A stretch of DNA of 64,000 nt from Sumerlaeia bacterium (lineage in GTDB: Bacteria; Sumerlaeota; Sumerlaeia; SLMS01; JAHLLQ01): positions 268,582 to 332,581 of the forward strand of contig JAVJSW010000060.1 of the NCBI GenBank assembly GCA_040219255.1, given 5' to 3'. A program made the translations under genes and the position numbers. The notes beneath the pieces were generated by a model. The model did no database searches. It saw nothing but the letters and a program-made list of their open reading frames with translations, and was not told the origin of the DNA. Below are positions 39,982 to 49,490 of this stretch, in pieces. Every line of letters begins with the position of its first letter. The stretch's first letter is position 1.

Positions 39982-41385
39982 TTACTCCGCCGGAAGGGTC
40001 AACTCGGCGGCGACGCGCCTGTCCATTTCGATCGTGCGCCGCAGCAGATCGACGATCGCTTCCGCCTGCTGCTCGTAGCCGGCGACAAGTTCGGCGGGAA
40101 TGGTCCAGTTCTCCGGGGCTTTGTCGTAGAACCCGGCCAGCACTTGACCCAGGAGTGTGTCGATGCGGCCCGACGGATAGGTGGGGGTGTTCGTCTCGAT
40201 CATTCGTATGGTGTGGTCCTGATTCATGACCACCATCGCGTCGAAGCCAATCCAGCCATCGTTCACCAGGAAGTAAACGCGGTAGAGGCGATAGCGCTGT
40301 CCGTCCATTTCAAAGGAGTAGACATACACGTTCTCGCGGTCGGTCAGGTCCGGGAACGGCGTACCGCGCAGGACGTCGATGCCGAGGGCGTCGGACTGAA
40401 CGCCGAAGCGGCTGGTGATGACTTCGGGGGGGCGGACGCTGACGCCGAGGATGCCGCGATTGGGAACGCGCAGGGCCGCAAAGGCTTCTTCATCGATCCA
40501 TGGTTCGGCGGAAATCTCGTGTGACTCAACCGCCCCGTCCGCGCCGATTTTCAAGTGGGCGGTCACCACCTGATGGCCCGCGGGGAAGGGCAGCAGGAGC
40601 GCGCCGTTGGCAACACGGGCTTCACCTGTGGGGTTGTTGGATTCGATAACGGCCGTCACGGCGGGGTAGCGCTGGGCGATGTGGGCGTTCTGGCGTGGCG
40701 GGAATTCGGAGAGCACCAGAACCGGCTGGCCGGGATCGACCTCCGCCACCGCTTCTTTCAGGATATCTTCCGGATTTCGATAAGCGGCCGATTCGAGGGC
40801 CAGCGGCATGCCGGAGAGGCGGGATTTATCCGCCGCGGCGATCAACGTCACGGTTTGGCTGGCGCCCAGGTCCACGCTCTTGTCGTCGTTGAGATCGAAG
40901 GGCTCATAGCGGCGCCCCGCGGCATCCAGGTTGCCCAGGTACATGGGCCATCGGTCGGGGTCGGCGTAGCTGAACCCCAGGCCCGCCGCGCCGTAATTGG
41001 CGTAATCCTTGGCGGTGATGTGGACCGCGTCGTAGCCCTTTTCCTCGAACCAGCGCCACTGGGGGCTGAAGTACTCCGTCTCGCGGTTGATGTCGGAAAC
41101 GGTCGATCCGCCGACGTCGATCAGAAGGGCGTTCGGGTGGGCGTCGAGAAGACGGTCGATGGCGTCGGTCAGCTTGCCGGTGGCCTCTTCCCGCTGGACT
41201 TGGGGGTCTTCGCCGACGGGCGTGAAGGCGCGGCCCAGATGCCCCGTCAGGATCAGGGTCAGGTCATGGGTTTCGCCGGCGGACTCGGCGGCGTCCGCCG
41301 CCGCGAGGGACCCGGGCAGAAAGGTGATCGCCGCCAGGGCGAGGATATGGGAAGAGAAGCGTAAGGTTGTGCGAGTGGGCCTCAT
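39982..41385 (-). CDS. Secreted protein with degenerate 5'-nucleotidase-like metallophosphoesterase domain
   Basis: Signal peptide; LTLILTGHL, LLIDVGG, GYDAV, VLVLSE align with UshA-type motifs but lack metal ligands. Confidence 0.55.
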   Translation of the reverse strand: MRPTRTTLRFSSHILALAAITFLPGSLAAADAAESAGETHDLTLILTGHLGRAFTPVGEDPQVQREEATGKLTDAIDRLLDAHPNALLIDVGGSTVSDINRETEYFSPQWRWFEEKGYDAVHITAKDYANYGAAGLGFSYADPDRWPMYLGNLDAAGRRYEPFDLNDDKSVDLGASQTVTLIAAADKSRLSGMPLALESAAYRNPEDILKEAVAEVDPGQPVLVLSEFPPRQNAHIAQRYPAVTAVIESNNPTGEARVANGALLLPFPAGHQVVTAHLKIGADGAVESHEISAEPWIDEEAFAALRVPNRGILGVSVRPPEVITSRFGVQSDALGIDVLRGTPFPDLTDRENVYVYSFEMDGQRYRLYRVYFLVNDGWIGFDAMVVMNQDHTIRMIETNTPTYPSGRIDTLLGQVLAGFYDKAPENWTIPAELVAGYEQQAEAIVDLLRRTIEMDRRVAAELTLPAE

Positions 41386-41409
41386 GGAGCGATCTTTCGC
41401 GGCGAATGG

Positions 41410-42336
41410 TTATTCGGCGATGGAGGCGGCGACGGCGCGAAGGCCTTCACGGAAAGTCCGGGGCGAGTAGCCGATGGCGTCGCGCAGGCGCGAGCTGTCG
41501 AGCGAAACGTCCCGGGGCCGGGGGGCGGCGGTGGGAACCTCGGCGAGAAGCCGGGGCGCCAGGAGCGACTCGGGATGGCCGAAGACCTCGCAGGTCAGCC
41601 GTCCCATTTCCAGCCGCGTCAGCCGCTCCGGCCCGCCCGCGTGGTAGAGACCGAAGAGCCGGCGCTCGGCGATCGAAGCGAGGGCTTCGCACAGGTCGCC
41701 GGAGAAAACCGGCGTGCGCACTTCGTCGCTGAACAACGTCAGTGGCTCGCCTTTCTCCAGCGTTCCGCGCATCCACGCCAGAAAGCTCCCTTTGTGAGTG
41801 GCCGGCGGACCGTAGATCAGGGCCGCCCGCACCACCGTTCCCGTGGCCATGGCGTTGACCGCCACTTCCATCTGACGCTTTTGACCGCCATAGACCATCA
41901 GGGGTTTGGCGCCGTCGACTTCGGAATAGGGTGCATTGTCGCCGCTGAACACCAGATCGGTGGACAGTGCGATGAGGTGCGTGTCCGGGCTGTGCTCCTG
42001 AACGGCGGCGATCAGATTGGCGGTGGCGCCCACGATGGCGTGGTGGGCGCCCTGCGGGTCGGTCTCGCACTGGTTCGGGTCGGTCATGGCGGCGGTGTGG
42101 AAAATCACGGGGGGCCGCATGTCGCGCACCAGGCGCCCCACCGCCAGTTTGTCGCGCAGGTCCACCGGCACGGCGTCGGCGCGGGGGACCTGGATGGGGC
42201 GTTGGAGGAAAGTCCCCGCGACGCGCAGTCCCGCCTGCGCCAGGAAGCGTCCCAGGTGTTCGCCCAGGAAGCCGGACATGCCGGTAACCAGAAGGGGACG
42301 CGGGGCCGCCGCGAGGGCCGCGTAAGACGCCATCAC
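41410..42336 (-). CDS. RmlD-like SDR oxidoreductase
   Basis: TGMSGFLG, STDLVFSG, YGGQK, RPRDVSL. Confidence 0.88.
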   Translation of the reverse strand: MMASYAALAAAPRPLLVTGMSGFLGEHLGRFLAQAGLRVAGTFLQRPIQVPRADAVPVDLRDKLAVGRLVRDMRPPVIFHTAAMTDPNQCETDPQGAHHAIVGATANLIAAVQEHSPDTHLIALSTDLVFSGDNAPYSEVDGAKPLMVYGGQKRQMEVAVNAMATGTVVRAALIYGPPATHKGSFLAWMRGTLEKGEPLTLFSDEVRTPVFSGDLCEALASIAERRLFGLYHAGGPERLTRLEMGRLTCEVFGHPESLLAPRLLAEVPTAAPRPRDVSLDSSRLRDAIGYSPRTFREGLRAVAASIAE

Positions 42337-43283
42337 AGGGGCACCTCGACTTCGTCGAGAATGCGGCGGATGCCGTCTTCGTCCTCGTGGGCGCTCATGG
42401 CCCCGCGGTCGAAGGTGCGGGCTACCTGGCAGCGGTGCGCCAGCACGGGCACGGCGACCTTCTGGATGTCGTCAGGGGTGACGAAATCGCGGCCGAGGAC
42501 GTAGGCGAGGGCCTGGGAGCAGCGGCGCAGGGCCAGCAGACCGCGGGTCGAGCAGCCCAGTTCGAAAAGCGGCGAAACGCGTGTCGCGTCCGCCACCCGC
42601 GCCATATAATCGAGCAGGTCGTCATCCACATGAACCTTGGAGGCTTCCTCCTGCATCGCGGTCACCTCGTCGCCCGTGAGAACGGGGTCGACCTTCGGCT
42701 CGACCATCGCGAGGTGTTGTTCTTTCAGGATTTGAATCTCGTGTCCGCGATCCGGATAGCCGATGTGGAGCCGCATCAGGAAGCGGTCCATCTGGCTCTT
42801 GGGCAGAGGAAAAGTCCCATGGAATTCCAAAGGATTTTGTGTGGCCAGCACCATGAACGGGAGCGGCAACTGATGGATCTTGCCGTCCATGGAAACCTGA
42901 GCCGTGTTCATCGCCTCCAGGAGCGCGCTCTGCGTCTTCGGCGTGGTGCGGTTGATTTCATCGGCCAGCACGACGTTGGCGAAGAGGGGCCCGGGATTGA
43001 ACTCGAAGACGTGGTTGTCCTGATTGTAGATGGTCACGCCGAGGATGTCGCTGGGCAGGAGATCGCTGGTGAACTGGATGCGTTGAAAGGAGCAATCGAG
43101 GCTGCCGGCGATGACGCGGGCCAGGGTGGTTTTGCCGACGCCGGGGACGTCTTCGAGGAGGAGGTGGCCGCGGGCGAAGAGGGCGACCACGGAAAGCTGG
43201 ACGATCTCGTCTTTGCCACGGATGACGCTGGAGATATTCTTGAGGAGTTTTTCGACGGCGGGGCGGGTTGAGTTCTGGCTCAC
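42333..43283 (-). CDS. MoxR-proper AAA+ ATPase
   Basis: EDVPGVGKT, RIQFTSDLLPSD, ADEINR, ATQNP, QMDRF. Confidence 0.95.
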   Translation of the reverse strand: MSQNSTRPAVEKLLKNISSVIRGKDEIVQLSVVALFARGHLLLEDVPGVGKTTLARVIAGSLDCSFQRIQFTSDLLPSDILGVTIYNQDNHVFEFNPGPLFANVVLADEINRTTPKTQSALLEAMNTAQVSMDGKIHQLPLPFMVLATQNPLEFHGTFPLPKSQMDRFLMRLHIGYPDRGHEIQILKEQHLAMVEPKVDPVLTGDEVTAMQEEASKVHVDDDLLDYMARVADATRVSPLFELGCSTRGLLALRRCSQALAYVLGRDFVTPDDIQKVAVPVLAHRCQVARTFDRGAMSAHEDEDGIRRILDEVEVPL

Positions 43284-43644
43284 GAAATTGGACCTTGAGG
43301 ATGGGAATCGAGCGGGCGGGACCGTACGCAGTGAGCCAGTTTCATTCCCTGTGGGTCAAGGTCTCTTCGCGCGCCCAGCGGAACGGTCCACAAATTTGAA
43401 ATTGATGAAGTTAGGTGATCGCTCCAGTGTTTCCGATGACACGAAATCACGGTGCCGTCACAAAGATTTAGTTGGACCGTGGGAGTTTATTTTCGATGCG
43501 TACTAAGAGATTGCAAAGAATTGCGTTGACTCAACCGATCCGAAATGGCTTGGTGAGACCGACTAGCCAAAAGGCTTACGCCACCGTGCCCATTTGGACC
43601 GAAATCGGGCACGAACGACTCACACACCGGGAGAATCCCGCCTT

Positions 43645-44673
43645 ATGAAAACTTCATTGGCTTTTGGTGCTCTGGCCCTCTTCAGCTTCGCCGCCTCGAC
43701 GGCCTCCGCACAGATCCTCTGGCAAGACGATTTCGAAACGGACTCGAGCGCTGACTACACCGTCCTGACGCTTGGCAACGTCCCTGCCAGCGTTCCCGCC
43801 TTCGCGTTCGATTATTCCGCCATCACGACCGACCGGGGCACCGACATCGGCCTCGCCCCCCGCAGCGCTCCTGGCGACAGCGAATCCGCCCTCTACATGG
43901 AAGTCAACAACGACAGCGAAGAAATCGCTAATGGCTCCGGCGCCGTGTCTCACGCCGCTGTCGCCACCAGCGCGTCCTTCTCTGGCGATTATGAAGTCGC
44001 CGTGGATATCTTCCAGTCCATCAACGGTGTGGATGACGGTTCGGCCGACGGCTCCACGACTTACTGGCATGTGATCGTCAACGCCACCGGCAACCAGGTG
44101 TTCGATTGGGACGCTCCGCCGCCGACCGCCACGACCGACGGTTACATGTTCGGCGGTAACGCCGACAACGGCGCTGGCTCCTACGACTACTTCGCCGTCG
44201 AAGGTACCGCCGGTGCGGACAACTTCTCCGCGACGCCTGGTGTCATTTGGCCGAACTCCTCGGTGACCGGCACGGCGACCGCAGGTGACAACCTCGGCCG
44301 CGATGGCGACGCCCGCCGCGCCGCTGGCGCCTCCTTCGGTCCCGGTGTGGACGAGTTCGAAACCCTCTTCCCCGATGCGTCCGTTCCTGCGGGCGGCGCC
44401 GGTGGCGAGCAGTGGATGACCGTTTACATGAAGCAGGTCGGTGGCGTGATCCAGTCGAAGATCGACACGGAATTCGTGGCCGAGCCCCTGGTCGTGTGGA
44501 CCCTGGACGACCCGGATGACACCTACGTTTCCGGCCGCGTCATGCTTCAGCACACCGACATCTTCGTCGGCTCCACCCCGCCCGACGGCAAGCAGTTTGT
44601 TCTGTTCGACAACCTCACCGTCTCCGTGACCTCCGCCGAAGTCTCCAGCGATATCTGGATGATGGTCGACTAA
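43645..44673 (+). CDS. Secreted acidic beta-rich protein with Trp-containing C-terminal tail
   Basis: Signal peptide MKTSL...ASA; DDFE...FDN beta-sandwich signature; own terminator. Confidence 0.75.
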   Translation: MKTSLAFGALALFSFAASTASAQILWQDDFETDSSADYTVLTLGNVPASVPAFAFDYSAITTDRGTDIGLAPRSAPGDSESALYMEVNNDSEEIANGSGAVSHAAVATSASFSGDYEVAVDIFQSINGVDDGSADGSTTYWHVIVNATGNQVFDWDAPPPTATTDGYMFGGNADNGAGSYDYFAVEGTAGADNFSATPGVIWPNSSVTGTATAGDNLGRDGDARRAAGASFGPGVDEFETLFPDASVPAGGAGGEQWMTVYMKQVGGVIQSKIDTEFVAEPLVVWTLDDPDDTYVSGRVMLQHTDIFVGSTPPDGKQFVLFDNLTVSVTSAEVSSDIWMMVD

Positions 44674-44730
44674 GTCCCTCCACCCCAACGGAGTCCGTCC
44701 TCCCGGCCGGTCTCCACGGATAAAATCGAG

Positions 44731-44766
44731 AACCCGGTCTGGACTTTCCAGGCCGGGTTTTTGTTT
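44731..44766 (+). terminator. Rho-independent terminator
   Basis: aacccggtctgga-ctt-tccaggccgggtt followed by T-rich tail. Confidence 0.75.
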
Positions 44767-44829
44767 GTGGGGGAGGGAGGCCTGGACCCAGTCGGCCCTG
44801 GTTCGATCCCGTTTGTCGAAAGACTGCCC

Positions 44830-45564
44830 ATGAAATCCGTCCTTTTCCACCCCGTGGCCGTTCTCGCCTGCGCCGCCGCGCTCTCCGCCGGATGTGGCGA
44901 TTCGGCCACCACCTCCTCGAAGGCGGGACAAAACGACACGGCGAGCGCCAGTACTCCCGTCAGTGCTCCCTCCGGCGTTTCAGAGGCCCGGGAGACCGCC
45001 CCTGTCGCCTTTCGTCCCGGTCGCGAGAGCGTCGGCACCCCCCTGCCGGACCTGGAACTGCCGCTGTTCGGTTCCACGACGGAGACGCTCAGCCTTCGCG
45101 GCCTGATCGACGGCGAGAGTTTCGTCGGCGTGATCTTCCATTCGCCCGCCTGCCCCTGCGCCAACAATTGCGCCGAGGCAGTGACGAAAGATCTGGCGGA
45201 CGAGAAATACGGCCGCGTGAAACTGATCGCCATTGTCAGCGATCCGCAGATGGACTACGAATGGTTCGCCGATTCGCTCGAGGCCCAGGTGTCCGATGGG
45301 ACGCTGCCGTACCCGGTGCTTCTGGATCGGAACCAGGAGGCCCTCCGGCTGTTCGGCGCGGTGCGCACGCCCGAGGTGTTTCTGGCGGATCGCGAGGGCA
45401 TCGTGCGATTTTGGGGCGCCCCGGAGTCGAGCCTCTTTCCCGGTTCGGACGGCCATCGCTTCTATTTGAAGGAAGCGGCCGACGCGCTCCTCGCGGGTGA
45501 AAAGCCGCCGCTGCGTCGGGCCGAACCGATCGGCTGCCTGATTTCCCAACCGGGCATCTCCTGA
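44830..45564 (+). CDS. Thioredoxin-fold redoxin (AhpC/TSA-like) lipoprotein
   Basis: LSAG|C lipobox; CPC, RTPEVF, C-terminal GCLI. Confidence 0.8.
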   Translation: MKSVLFHPVAVLACAAALSAGCGDSATTSSKAGQNDTASASTPVSAPSGVSEARETAPVAFRPGRESVGTPLPDLELPLFGSTTETLSLRGLIDGESFVGVIFHSPACPCANNCAEAVTKDLADEKYGRVKLIAIVSDPQMDYEWFADSLEAQVSDGTLPYPVLLDRNQEALRLFGAVRTPEVFLADREGIVRFWGAPESSLFPGSDGHRFYLKEAADALLAGEKPPLRRAEPIGCLISQPGIS

Positions 45565-45598
45565 CCGGTTTTTTTTACCCCAGTTTTAAAGGACCGTC

Positions 45599-46105
45599 GT
45601 GACCCAGACCCAACCTGTCACCGTTGTCTCCAGCGGCCTCCCCATTCTCTATCTGTATCGCAGCGACCAATTGGCCCTGCTTCCGGCGATGTATCGTCAG
45701 GTATTGGTTCCCGTTTGCGTCTGGAATCAACTGCGGGCTCTGAACGGCGAGGGTTTGAACGCGCCCGATCCGGAGCGCCTCGATTGGCTGACGTCCGGTC
45801 CGGTGGACCTGGAGAACGCGCCGCCCAAACCCCGCCACGTCGGGGTGAACGAGTGGAACACGCTGCGGCTGGCGAGGGATCGGCCGAACCCGCTGGTTCT
45901 GATCGAGCACCGCAACGCTCGCAAGCAGGCTCAGGCCATGGGCATGCGATGCACCGGTCTGCTGGGGATGATTCTGATGGCCAAGCGCAAGGGACTGATC
46001 GGCGACGTGAAGAGTCCGATCCGCAAATTGCAGGAACAGGGCGGGTTTCTGATCACTGAGAAGGCGGTGCGGCTGGCGCTCCAGATGTCGGGCGAAGCGC
46101 ATTAA
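45599..46105 (+). CDS. DUF3368/PIN-fold protein with degenerate active site
   Basis: GLLGMILMAKRKGLI...GFLI...GE C-terminal pattern; AAGGA RBS. Confidence 0.75.
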   Translation: MTQTQPVTVVSSGLPILYLYRSDQLALLPAMYRQVLVPVCVWNQLRALNGEGLNAPDPERLDWLTSGPVDLENAPPKPRHVGVNEWNTLRLARDRPNPLVLIEHRNARKQAQAMGMRCTGLLGMILMAKRKGLIGDVKSPIRKLQEQGGFLITEKAVRLALQMSGEAH

Positions 46106-46267
46106 CGTACCATCGGGCGCGGGGGCCGTACCGTTTGGTACGCGGGGGCGAGCGCCGATTCCGCGCAACCCGTGCGAAATCAGTTTTCAGTAGGAAGATC
46201 CCGGACCTGGCACGAGCCGCGTGTAGGATGGGATCACCCGACTCCGATTTCGAGAGGCCGCGCCGCC

Positions 46268-47935
46268 ATGGGATCCCGCCTGTTTTTCTTCACACTGCTC
46301 CCGGTGCTGTTGGCCTTCGCCACACCCGGCCCGGCCGATCTGACCCCCAGCCAGATCGATCATTACTTCGAGGGTGTCTGGCAGGCGGAGGGCCTCACCC
46401 CCGCCGAGCGTTCCAGCGATGACGAGTTCCTGCGCCGTCTGTCACTGGACGTTCGGGGGGTGGTGCCGAGCGCCGAGGAGACGATCGCGTTTCTGACCGA
46501 TTCCTCGCCGATGAAGCGGGTCGAGGTGATCGAGGATTTTCTCGCCAGCCCGGAGCGGAGCGAGGCGTGGGCGGCCTACTGGAGCAAGGTCCTGGTGGGA
46601 ACGCCACCTCAGATCCAAAACCCGCTGGCCCAGCAGAAGGCCCTCGAGCCATTTACCGAATGGGTGTCGATTCAATTCCAGCGCGGCGCGGGCTTCGACG
46701 ATTTCATGACGGCGATCCTGACGGCGGAGGGCGACCTGGCGGAAAACCCGGCGGTCCTGCCGACGCTGCGGTGGCGCAACGCGCCGGAAAGTCTGGCGGG
46801 CACCATGAGCCGGGCCTTCCTGGGCCAGCAAATCCAATGCGCCCAATGCCACGACTCGAAGGAAAACTCGACTCTGACGCAGAAGAAGTTCTGGGAGCTG
46901 ACGGCGTTCTTCGGCGGCACCCGGACGCGTCGCAACCTTTCCCAGGACGAAGTCAAAGAGGCGATCGAGGCCGGCTCGGGGATGGGCGTGATGGCGCGCA
47001 TGGACGCCCGAGTCGAGGCGCGCCAGCGCGAATTTAAAGTCGTCGAAGTGGGCGGGCGCTGGCAGACGAAGGTGCCGGACTCGGAACTGCGCGTGGAGCC
47101 GCGCTACCTGGACGGCACGCCGGCGGTGAAGTCTTCGGATAAATCGCGCCGGGCGCAGTTGGCCGATTTCATCGAGCGCCGCGACCGCGAGCAGTTCGCC
47201 AAGAACTTCGTCAATCGGCTCTGGGCGCGCTATTTTGGCCGCGGCCTGATGGACCCGGTGGACGAATGGGCCATGGGCCGCGAACCCGATCATCCGGCGC
47301 TGCTGAACAACCTCGCGTGGGAGTTCGCGCAGAGCGGCTACGACGTGAAGCACATCGAGCGGTTGATTCTCAATTCGCGCGTGTACCAACTTTCCGCCAC
47401 GGCCTCGGAAGAGACCGCCGGGCGCCCCGACCTCTTCGCCTGCGCGCCGGTGCGGCCGCTCAACGCCGAGCAGATCGTGGCGAGCCTGACCCGGGCCACC
47501 GGCGCCGATGGCATCGCCGACGCCATGGCGCAAGGGCGACTCGGCCGTTTCGGCGAATCCGCCCCGGACCTGCTGATGCAGAGGTTCCACGCCGAATTCG
47601 TCCACACTTTCGACAACGACGAAATGGAATGGAGCAATGCCTTCGAGAGTTCCATCCCTCAGGCGCTGTTCCTGATGAACGACGAGACGATGGCGCGGAC
47701 GGTGTCCTTCGCGAAGGGCTCGATGCTGTCGCGAATCGGATCGACGACCACCGACCCGGGCGAGGTGACCCAGTACCTTTACCTGAGCGCGCTGTCCCGC
47801 CAGCCATCGGCCGAAGAGCTTGAGCGGGTCTCGGCCGCGCTGGCGGCCTCAAAGAGCAAGGTGGAGCAGAAGGCTCTGGCCGAGGATGTCCTGTGGGCCC
47901 TGGTAGCCAGCACGGAATTCCTGACGAACCATTAG
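46268..47935 (+). CDS. DUF1549/DUF1553 domain protein
   Basis: FLRRLSLD, FLGQQIQCAQCHD, FVNRLW...FGRGL, IPQALFLMN, EFLTNH. Confidence 0.9.
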   Translation: MGSRLFFFTLLPVLLAFATPGPADLTPSQIDHYFEGVWQAEGLTPAERSSDDEFLRRLSLDVRGVVPSAEETIAFLTDSSPMKRVEVIEDFLASPERSEAWAAYWSKVLVGTPPQIQNPLAQQKALEPFTEWVSIQFQRGAGFDDFMTAILTAEGDLAENPAVLPTLRWRNAPESLAGTMSRAFLGQQIQCAQCHDSKENSTLTQKKFWELTAFFGGTRTRRNLSQDEVKEAIEAGSGMGVMARMDARVEARQREFKVVEVGGRWQTKVPDSELRVEPRYLDGTPAVKSSDKSRRAQLADFIERRDREQFAKNFVNRLWARYFGRGLMDPVDEWAMGREPDHPALLNNLAWEFAQSGYDVKHIERLILNSRVYQLSATASEETAGRPDLFACAPVRPLNAEQIVASLTRATGADGIADAMAQGRLGRFGESAPDLLMQRFHAEFVHTFDNDEMEWSNAFESSIPQALFLMNDETMARTVSFAKGSMLSRIGSTTTDPGEVTQYLYLSALSRQPSAEELERVSAALAASKSKVEQKALAEDVLWALVASTEFLTNH

Positions 47936-47951
47936 CCTCGCGAAATGGGAA

Positions 47952-48070
47952 TTGGCCGCAGATCAATCTGATGAATGGAGATGGTCAGGCGAAAAAATCC
48001 TATTTATCCCATTCATCGGCGGCAAAAATATCTCTGTGGAAGCTTCAACATCTGAATTTTCTGCGGCTAA
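47952..48070. repeat. CACAGA-family (degenerate) inverted-repeat element
   Basis: ttggccgcagatcaatctgatgaatggagat ... catctgaattttctgcggctaa. Confidence 0.6.
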
Positions 48071-48089
48071 TTCTTCGAAAGGCCCAATC

Positions 48090-49490
48090 ATGACGCATGA
48101 AGCCCCCCATCACACGCAGTCTTGCGAATGCGAGGAATCGGTCGAGACTCATCGCGACGCGGCGTTCGGCCGACGGGCGTTCCTGCGGCGGTCTATCGGG
48201 TCGCTGGCGGCGTTGTCGCTGGGCGGGACGTTGGCGGGTTGGCTGACCGATGGCGGGGCCAGCGGCGTGTCGGCGCTCTATGCGCGCACGGCGGAGTCGA
48301 CGGGGCCCGTGCCGCTGCCGCAGGACGCGCCGGTGAAGTCGATCGTCTTGCTGTGGATGGATGGGGGTCCGAGTCAGATGGAGACCTTCGATCCGAAACC
48401 TGGCCACCGCAACGGCGGGCCATCGGGGGCCATCGCCACGGCGATTCCGGGAGTGAAAATCAGCGCCAACATGCCGCGTACGGCCGAGGTGCTGGATCGC
48501 TTCACCGTGATTCGCGCCATGTCCACGCGCGAGGGCAACCACCAACGCGCCCGCGATCTGATGCACACGGGCTTCGTGGCCAACCCGACGGTGGCCTATC
48601 CGGGGCTGGGCTCCATCGTGGCGTTCGAGAAGGGGGACTTCGAGGCGCCGCTGCCGCAGAACATTGCCCTGAACGCGCCGGGGCACCGAGCGGGGATTCT
48701 GGGGCTGGATTTCGATCCGTTCTCCGTTCGGAATATGAAAAGGCCGGTCGATAACCTGTACCCGTCGCACAAGGGCATGACGGACGAGCGCATCGACCGC
48801 CGACTCGAGTTCCTGAAGGCGCAGCAGGAAAGTTTCCAGGCGCGGCTCGGCGGCAATTCCACCCACATCGCCGACAGCCATTCAGCCATCGTGGAAAGCG
48901 CCGTGCGCTTCATGCGGGCGGAGGAAGCGGCGGCGTTTTCGTTGGACGACGAATCGGAAACGGTGAAGGCGGCCTATGGGGATTCGGATTTCGGGCGCGG
49001 CTGCCTGATGGCGCGGCGGCTGGTCGAGCAAGGCGTGCCCTTTGTGGAGGTAACGCTGAGCGGCTGGGACACGCACCAGGATAACTTCACGCGGGCGGGC
49101 GAGCTATGCGGCGAGATGGACCCCGCGGTGGCGGCACTAATCCGCGATCTGGAGGAGCGCGACCTGATGGATTCGACGCTGGTGGTCTGGATGGGAGAGT
49201 TCGGCCGGACGCCAAAGATCAACCCCAATGAAGGCCGCGATCATTATCCTAAGGCTTGGAGCGTGGCCATGGCGGGCGCCGGCGTGAAGCGCGGCGTGGT
49301 GCTGGGCGAGACCTCGGCGGATGGCACGGAGGTGGTGGGCTCGGCGGTGGAGACGGCGGACCTGTTCCGGACGATTCTGTGGTTGGCAGGGATCGATCCG
49401 GATTATCAGTACTATTCGCCGAAAGGTCGGCCCCTGACCTATGCCGATGGGGGACGGATCCTTCGGGGGGCGGTGAGCCTGCACGTCTAA
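48090..49490 (+). CDS. Tat-exported DUF1501 domain protein
   Basis: GRRAFL Tat motif; GGPSQMETFDPKP, GWDTH, GEFGRTP, GRDH. Confidence 0.92.
   Translation: MTHEAPHHTQSCECEESVETHRDAAFGRRAFLRRSIGSLAALSLGGTLAGWLTDGGASGVSALYARTAESTGPVPLPQDAPVKSIVLLWMDGGPSQMETFDPKPGHRNGGPSGAIATAIPGVKISANMPRTAEVLDRFTVIRAMSTREGNHQRARDLMHTGFVANPTVAYPGLGSIVAFEKGDFEAPLPQNIALNAPGHRAGILGLDFDPFSVRNMKRPVDNLYPSHKGMTDERIDRRLEFLKAQQESFQARLGGNSTHIADSHSAIVESAVRFMRAEEAAAFSLDDESETVKAAYGDSDFGRGCLMARRLVEQGVPFVEVTLSGWDTHQDNFTRAGELCGEMDPAVAALIRDLEERDLMDSTLVVWMGEFGRTPKINPNEGRDHYPKAWSVAMAGAGVKRGVVLGETSADGTEVVGSAVETADLFRTILWLAGIDPDYQYYSPKGRPLTYADGGRILRGAVSLHV

Noticed and set aside
43284-43644. AT-richer 360-bp divergent intergenic region as a riboswitch or sRNA
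   Set aside because: No recognisable aptamer motif; explained adequately as divergent promoter DNA
47952-48089. N-terminal extension of the DUF1501 ORF
   Set aside because: Runs through an intergenic inverted-repeat element; ATG 48090 preceding the Tat motif is more plausible
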